Under the pieces are notes generated by a model. It ran no database searches, had not been told where the DNA came from, and worked only from the letters and a program-made list of their open reading frames with translations. From Phoronis australis (Eukaryota; Animalia; Phoronida), in the NCBI GenBank assembly GCA_002633005.1, contig NMRA01000320.1:64720-128719 (forward strand): DNA of 64,000 bases, given 5' to 3'. Shown one piece after another: positions 56,801 through 64,000 of this stretch (its first letter is position 1; every line of letters begins with the position of its first letter). Made by a program: the position numbers and the translations under genes.

Positions 56801-59800
56801 AAAACTCGATAAAGTCGTATCCAGGCATATGTTCGTCTACGCACTTTAATCTGCAACAAGTACTTCTAATCTTTTGTTCCCTGTATAATGATGATCAGCA
56901 TAAAATCACTTTTGTTTCCAACCAATTCTTGTGGGACAAAGATGGCCAACTTTTATCGTGTTTACATATTCCCACGACTTGATTGGCTGGAGTTATTAGC
57001 TTGACTGACATATCAGAACTATCCATTGGACAAGGCTTCAAGCTGTGTGCCCAGGAAATGACAGGGGTATGCTGACAAGAGGCAACAGAAAATTACAACC
57101 AAAGCTTGTGTTTCGGATACTATGGGGGTTTTTTAACAATCATATAGGTAAACACAAATGTGCCATGAACGAAGAACACAACATAACAAGCAGTCCATCA
57201 GCCCAGTTTACAATCATCCTTAGAAACTATTGCCATAAAGAGAAAATGTTTGCTCAACAGTGCATTTCAACCCACATATAAAAAACATCAGAATTGTTTG
57301 TATTATTAAAATTTGCAATCCAATCTAGGAAACTACAATAAAACTTGCATATGTCGGATCCAATCGGATTGAGAGTTAAGCGAAATCCAACTTAACTGAA
57401 AAGCTGAGGGCAAAACACATTTAACCCAGTTAATCTATACAGTTATTACTGTTTAGTGGTTATACCCAGATCATTTTCAGGTCACACAGTAATCAAAAGT
57501 ACAAAATAGATGTCTGCTTAATGCATTTGTGACTGCTTTTTGTAACAAATTTACCAAACATGACTAACATCCCAGTAGAATATGTTTGTTTTGTATGGAA
57601 TCAGAAATGAAAAGACTTCCACATGAATCATGGGATATGCATGCATAGATATCCTATTATAATATTTTAATTGTGCAACATCTCTGCCTCCACATAATTT
57701 CACGACATGCATCTAAAGCAAGTCAAAAGTTCAACCCATTTGGGGCATCCACGTGTGCTGTTGCGATATGATATTTTGGACTAAATTTCATCTCATGTTT
57801 GGGGCATTTTGGAAGATGTTAGAAATGGGACGGACCTCCAATTTATGTCAAATGTTCTATACGTTTTCTTCGAGATGTGCGAAAATCTGACTTTAGAAAT
57901 GCGACACAGACGCAAGGTTTATTAAAGAATCAATACATGGAAAAACATACTGAACTTTGACAGAGTTGAGGGAAAGTTCGACTTTTGCAAGTTTTAACAT
58001 ATATTTGACAGTTAGTGGAATTTTATTTGTTTTTGATGTTTCATACAAAATAAACAGACAGAAATCATTTGCGTTCAATACCACAGCTACAACATTGTTT
58101 GAACTAATAACACAAACTATTGCTACCAAAAATGAATCAAGAAATAAACTGAAAAGGTGTTTAGCCACGTAATCCCAGTTCTTGGTGAGGAGAAACGTCA
58201 CTCTTTCACCGAGACGTGCAAAGATAACGTAACACAACGACAACCCGACAAAACTGCAGGCAAAAGTAAATTAGCGAAGTCACTTAATGTTTTCTTAGCA
58301 ACTGTTTATGTCCCAACCAGCAAGAGACAAGCCACACTTGAGCAAGATTCTAAGAAGCAAAACACAGAACACACAAAGAAGAGGGTATGTTGTTAATAGC
58401 TACGTACTGATGATTTGATCAACATTAGAATAATCAATTTCTATTTTCAACTGAATGCAAATTTAACAAATAAAAATCTTCGCAGAATCCTTGAAATGTT
58501 ATTGTAAAACAAAGACAAAAAGAGAATTAATCAAAACACTGTTTTAACAAAAACAACTAACAAAATGTCGCAATCACTGAAACAATTGTGGAATGCGCCA
58601 TTTTTAAAACAAGCTCCTGTTAATAATGGAAAAGGTGATTTAAAGGTATATTCTCTTAAAAGACACTAAAACAATAAAAGACAAACCATCAAACCAATGC
58701 CTTGCAACCTGTTTTATGACTCATCCAGTGACATCATCCCCAGACAACCAACTCAAGCGTACACTTTGAGCCAACATATACTTGACAAACTGCCTCAGTC
58801 TGTAATCGCCTGATTTATGACGATTAACACATTGTTGAGATTTAAGAACAAGGAAGAGTCTGGGAATATACCTTTAAACGATTTACGTTTGTGTTAGGAG
58901 TTATAAGTTTGGTAAAGCAGGCATTCAAAGGTATGCAATGGAAAGTAAAAGCAGTAGCCAGTAAAACAAACAGAGGTCAAAGTACACAATGTGCCGCCCA
59001 TATACTTACTTGACTCAGCCCAGCCTGTGCAGGGGAGACGACATACATGATATCAATGACAAGACAATTGAGTTAGTCAAAAGCTCTCACAAGCGAAGAG
59101 ACGCACAAAACAATCACTGAGGTTCACTAATTAGGAATCACTCAGGTTCACTAATTAGGAATGGGGGAGACAGCTAACACTAACTTTTTGACAGTGCCAA
59201 ATTCATAATCAGTGAGTCAGGGTGTGCATTGCATAATACAGACACAGCTACTTCGGATGCAACTTCTGAATTTTGCTTCACTTAACTATTAAAGCTTCAG
59301 TCAAACCATGTCCCAAAAATATAGTTATTCAAAAAATCATTTTTTCGAAACAAACAAAACTTGATGAAAAGGAGTCAAAGATCAACTAATGAATTTAAGG
59401 TGGTGCACCACAAAAACTAAGCCCGAGAGAACATGATCTTCCATTTTTTTGTATACTTCAGCAAATACAAGAGAGTGGCAATTCACGAAATGTTAAACTT
59501 TCCTTTTGATCGATGAAATGAAATTGGTGAAAACAAAAAGTACATTTCAACACCTACTATAAACATTTCTTTTTGCTAAAAGCAGACCTTCCAAATCATG
59601 TTATTTTTTGTAAATTTCACAGTTTTGGATTTGGTACAATCATCACTATCATAATCATTACAGAGCCAAGCATGCCGATGATCCACTAAGTATAAGGTCC
59701 TCATAGCATTCCGAAACAGGATTGTAAAGCACACTGACATCTATTGGTAAATATTTATTAACCTGGGCAGCGTTTCGTACACACTTGCGAAAACACAAGA

Positions 59801-62800
59801 TGAAACATAAAGATTTAGCCAGATATCGCCAAGCATTGCAAGCAAAGCACGTGATCACACTAGCTTTACTCGCAAAAACAGCACGCCACCTTTTGGTCAC
59901 ACCAACTGTGTCCTGTACATGATCAACACTAATGGACTACAGCATTAAATCACTGGCTCCTTAATTCAACAGATTACAAGTGATGCATAGTTACGGTAGC
60001 AGTCAGGTGCTGGCCTCTCAACCAGCAAACTATTCGAGTCAGACATGCCAGTAGAAAATAGGGCACGATATGCGGCCAACAGGTGGTGTGATGACAAGGT
60101 TAATAAATATTTCCAAATTACATTTCATATTGGCAAGACTAAAAAGAGGCACTGTCCTTAGTCAAGCAAATTTGTACATCAGTAAAACTGGTTCTTCTAC
60201 AAGCAAGCATGCAGATTTTGAAATTCACCAGTCAAATACTCATAAGGGTTTGCCAAGTTGGCCGTCTACACTGCTACTCGTAGCAAAATGTAGAATGTTG
60301 GAAGCTATTTCCAAATACTTCATTACGGCAATACCAAGACCAAAAGTCGGTCCAATGCAGCTACTTGAAAAAAAACACAGTAGACACATTTGGTAATTAA
60401 TGAATACGACATATTGTTGTTACAAACTTCGTCATCTGCAGATTCTTCATGACACATATGACAATAATTTCAAGACTGGGAGCCCACCTTTGTAGTTGAA
60501 TACGTTCACTATCTTGGTTCCTGCTGAGTGCGGGTTGTCGTTCTCGTCCCCGATGGTGATGGTTAGTGTATTTGTTCCAGTCACTGCAATTGGTGACCCG
60601 GTGTCACCCATGATGACTGGCAGGAGATAGAATTTCTTTGCCTCACGATCAAACATTTGCTTGGTCTCAATGCGAGCACTCCCCTTGCCGTTGGCACCAC
60701 CATCTAGATGGAAGGAAAATACACTGGGTTTGACTACTTGCTTATTTACATTCCAACAACTTCAGAAAGCTGAAATTTCACGGTATCAAAAAGCTGTGCA
60801 GTTGGACAAGAACCAATATTACTATCCACGACATGATTGAATGTGTCGCTGCAACTTGTTTGTTAGCGTGTGTCACTGCAACTTGTTTGTAAGCACTTGC
60901 AACACGTTTAAATGGCTTACGACCTGTTTGAAAAAATAGCAACCAGTTTGGAAAAAAGGCCTCCTCATCTTAGGCTCAGCAACAACTGGCTGTAGCTCAT
61001 TGAAACTGAAGGAATACCAACAGGGTAAAAAGACAAGTAAATGTGCACCGCAGAGAACACTGGCCAGTGCACGATTTTGCCACTTTTGTTGACATTCATG
61101 CACTTGCAACAGGTTCGGGTTGACAGCTGTTGAGGACATCGCAAGATAGCAGATCTAACTTGAACAGTTTTATCTTGCAACACAACCATAGACATTTAAA
61201 TCAGTTTTACCCCAAGAATGATATTGTGAAACAAGACAAGAAAATGTGACAAATTCAAGTTAGGAGCCACAAGGCTGAAGTCTAGTTGTGACCGACTCAC
61301 TTTGATTGACGGATAGCGAGAATTTACACTGTGCAGCACTGCTACTACTACTAGGACAGGCTGGTAGGGCGAACGTGAACTTGTCTCCGTTGTTCTCTGG
61401 TAGATCTGCATCCGTGGCCTCCACGTCGCCAACAAGAGCAGGTGATGGGACGTTCTCCATCACACGGTACTGCGTCTTTACTGGCTTGGGGTAGTTGTCA
61501 TTGATGTCGGTCACAGTCAGCTCCAAAGTGGCCGTGCCTGTAGTCTTGGGATTACCTAAAAAGAACGACAAGAGCAGTAAGGTAACAGTGGATAGGCAGA
61601 GGAAGGTGGAAACTACCTGAAGTCATTTTTCTGCCACAAAAGTAAAAAAATTCGAGCTCATCAACGAAGATGTTCTTAAGGGTAAACGTTAACATTCAAC
61701 ATGTTCGCGTACACATTTTTAAGTTTTGGCAAGAATGCATTCGCGGTGCAATCAACGCATAAAAATCATTTCTATTGGGAAAAATATGACAAAAATGTCA
61801 ACACTTCTAATAAGTTCTGGTTGGGAGTTAGGGACATGCAAGAGCAATGCATAGCACTGATATGCATCCACTGTACGCATCAGAAATGGCAAAGATAAAA
61901 GTGGTGCTAATTTCTTCCACTAGAGGTGAACTTAAAATTGAGTTGATAGGGAGCAGCACTAGTTATCAGAAAATGCAACCACCAGGGTACCAAGTCACAA
62001 AACTTGTGCCAAGTTGCAGCCAGATTTCTGCAGCAGTGACTGTGCCAGTCATATGTAAAACAGGCGACGAACAAGACATTACTACACTTGTGACCTTCAT
62101 TCATCCCTTTGTGACCTTCATACACCCCTGTGCTGCCACACATGGTCACGTCCAATGCAATACCTACCTTTGTCGATGGCCAATATATGGACAGTGTGTT
62201 TGTCAAGAGTTTCTCTGTCAAGAGTTTTGAAAATCTTAACCTCTGCCTTGACATCGGTTGAAGCTCCCTCAGCGGTCACACGGTCAACTGAAAACAAGCC
62301 GTCATTCTTCGGATTTGGAGCTATGGAGAAGCTGTGGAGAAGAAGTGATGAAGTAAGCTTGGGTGGATAAACAACCTGCCATACAGTTTATTCACGAGTA
62401 CAGAGTATGTGAAGAAGTGATGAAGTAAGCTTGGGTAGATAAACAACCTGCCATACACCTTATTCATTAGTACAGAGTATGTGAAGAAGAATAACGAGCT
62501 GTAACATCACAACCATGTATACAGTTTAATGAAGTGTTAGCAAGGGCATTATAGTTCCTCAAAACATTTGGCCGAAACTTTTAAGTGCGGAACAGAACAT
62601 TAAGAAGTAGCTGCAAAAACTTTAAATGATCATTCCAATCTTTTGTGCCAAAAGTAACCAGAAAAATTACTGTCTCCCGTCAAGACGTGTCATTTGAGAT
62701 ACTATTATGAATTCAGCTTGCCCTCATCCGTCATGATGGGGAATTCTACTTGCGTTTCACTGTCATGACGGGGAATTTTAAGTCATTTTTTAATTGATTT

Positions 62801-63512
62801 TTCCTTGTACTGTGTGTCTGGACTCACCTAGTTATCATCCTTTAATATGTGTATCTTAAAAACTATGGTGAAAATTTTAATTGGGACAAAAATAATCATT
62901 AAAGTACTACATTTTCTACTTTTCAGAGGCTGACTAACTCTGGGCAAATGCCCTGTGTCTCACCAAATGTTGTTTAGTGACAGCTGCGCTCAACAAACTG
63001 AGCTAACAACAAAGTAAAAGTCATTTATCTTAACAAATTTGACAAAATGAAATCCAACTTTTCAGCCATAGTGTCATAAACTGAATAATTTCTAATATTA
63101 ATATAATTTATTTGCTCAAGTTAAAAACTTTGACGATAATAAAATTAACGATAATAAATGTACAGGAATTTAGCAATGGACTACATAATAATCCTTCGTA
63201 CAGCCCATTTCATGGAAAAAAATCAACAGTCAAAACAAAACAAACATGTAACCAACACATGAGCAATACGTACTCAAATTGGTTGTTGGGACTGGTGGCA
63301 TCTCCATCGCTGGCCGTGACTGCCCAGAGCACCGTGCCAACTGCCTCCCCCTCTGACACTTCGACATTCTTTTGCCCAATTGTGAAAACAGGCGTGTTGT
63401 CATTATAGTCAGTCACACTGATTTCCACATATGCTGTATCATCGTTGACGCCATCACTGACCCTCACAGTCACGTTGAAGAACTTCTTGCTTACTGTCTC
63501 GTAATCAATTGT
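44860..63512 (-). CDS. CadN: Classical type-III (DN-cadherin/neural-cadherin-like) cadherin, 3' part (17 exons, ~1270 codons); 5' exons outside the window
   Basis: Exons (minus): 63512-63274, 62331-62168, 61555-61301, 60703-60488, 56025-55914, 55269-55088, 54613-54381, 53656-53394, 52526-52157, 51895-51668, 51149-50951, 50482-50295, 49993-49741, 49155-48963, 47830-47595, 46254-46036, 45119-44860; phases chain correctly. Domains: EC repeats (DxNDN), non-chordate domain with [12 protein letters not shown]-LamG-EGF-LamG-EGF-EGF, TM ([22 protein letters not shown]), p120 site ([10 protein letters not shown]) and beta-catenin site (YDYEGDGS...[13 protein letters not shown]). Confidence 0.95.
45681..45975. 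repeat. 28-bp minisatellite in the last cadherin intron
   Basis: Unit CACACACAAATACAATGCAATGTGTATG; explains the repetitive ORFs on both strands. Confidence 0.95.
53843..54008 (-). mobile_element. tRNA-derived SINE, copy 2 (more degraded)
   Basis: Shares GGGCCCATT.CACTGATC, AGCTGAGGAGCTGGA and AACCCAC..C...GAG.AAAGAAA with 3230-3405. Confidence 0.6.
59010..59024 (-). CDS. Candidate 15-nt in-frame microexon of the cadherin (adds WAESS)
   Basis: TGACTAAC branch point, then ..GTCTCCCCTGCACAG|GCTGGGCTGAGTCAA|GTAAGT. Phase 1-1, matching the flanking exons, with no stop. Confidence 0.7.
62339..62490. repeat. 72-bp tandem duplication next to a cadherin acceptor
   Basis: GAAGAAGTGATGAAGTAAGCTTGGGT..ATAAACAACCTGCCATACA.. 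at 62339 and 62411. Confidence 0.9.
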
Positions 63513-64000
63513 CTGCCAAAAGAATGGCACAATTAAAATGCAGACAACACAGTTGTGCAAAATCTCACCTATTTCGAACAAAAATAATTGCCAAAGGTTT
63601 CTAACACTGCTGAGGATGGTCACAATTTCTCAGAACCATTTTTGGTAGTAGCTATGGTAAAAAAACAAAATTCAAATTTTCAAAATGGCGCGTGGGTGAA
63701 ACTCGACCTATCCGCTATGAAACAGAAGTTATCAGAGTGTATTTAAATTGAACATTGAAAGTTAAAATGACATGAGCAATGCAGAACATTAAAATGCGCT
63801 CACAGTGTACTGCAAATGGTAAGGTGTAGGGGAGCTTAACAGCTTTATGTAAGCTACAAAGAGACAATGATTTAACCACAAGAGGTAGATGCTATAGTCA
63901 GAACTGACAACAACTGTTGGTACCTCACCTTTTACACTAACACCGGCTCAAAATGTTTTTAAAATGTGCATATATAATAGTAATATTAGTACTACGAAGT

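Noticed and set aside
63928-63960. AAAAG|GTGAGG as donor of the next upstream cadherin exon
   Set aside because: The required phase-0 frame has stop codons immediately upstream.

Overview
Eukaryotic (invertebrate metazoan-type), AT-rich, intron-rich DNA with four protein-coding genes read by eye. (1) An intronless PP1 glycogen-targeting subunit (PPP1R3/Gbs-76A-like, minus strand) with an apparently ~7 kb 3'UTR. (2) A complete three-exon LYRM4/ISD11 gene (minus), mostly missed by the ORF track. (3) Mitochondrial phenylalanyl-tRNA synthetase FARS2 (plus), head-to-head with LYRM4. (4) The 3' 17 exons of a type-III/DN-cadherin-like classical cadherin (minus), whose 5' part lies beyond the window. 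The PPP1R3-LYRM4-FARS2 order matches human 6p25.1 as I recall it. Most notable signals: an in-frame 15-nt microexon candidate in the cadherin; a candidate alternative terminal exon that would give a secreted cadherin; a deleted Kolobok transposon whose two convergent genes share a perfect 19-bp upstream motif; and one MITE family found at both convergent 3'-end junctions. All gene models are manual and lack transcript support. I saw no rRNA, true tRNA gene or CRISPR array.
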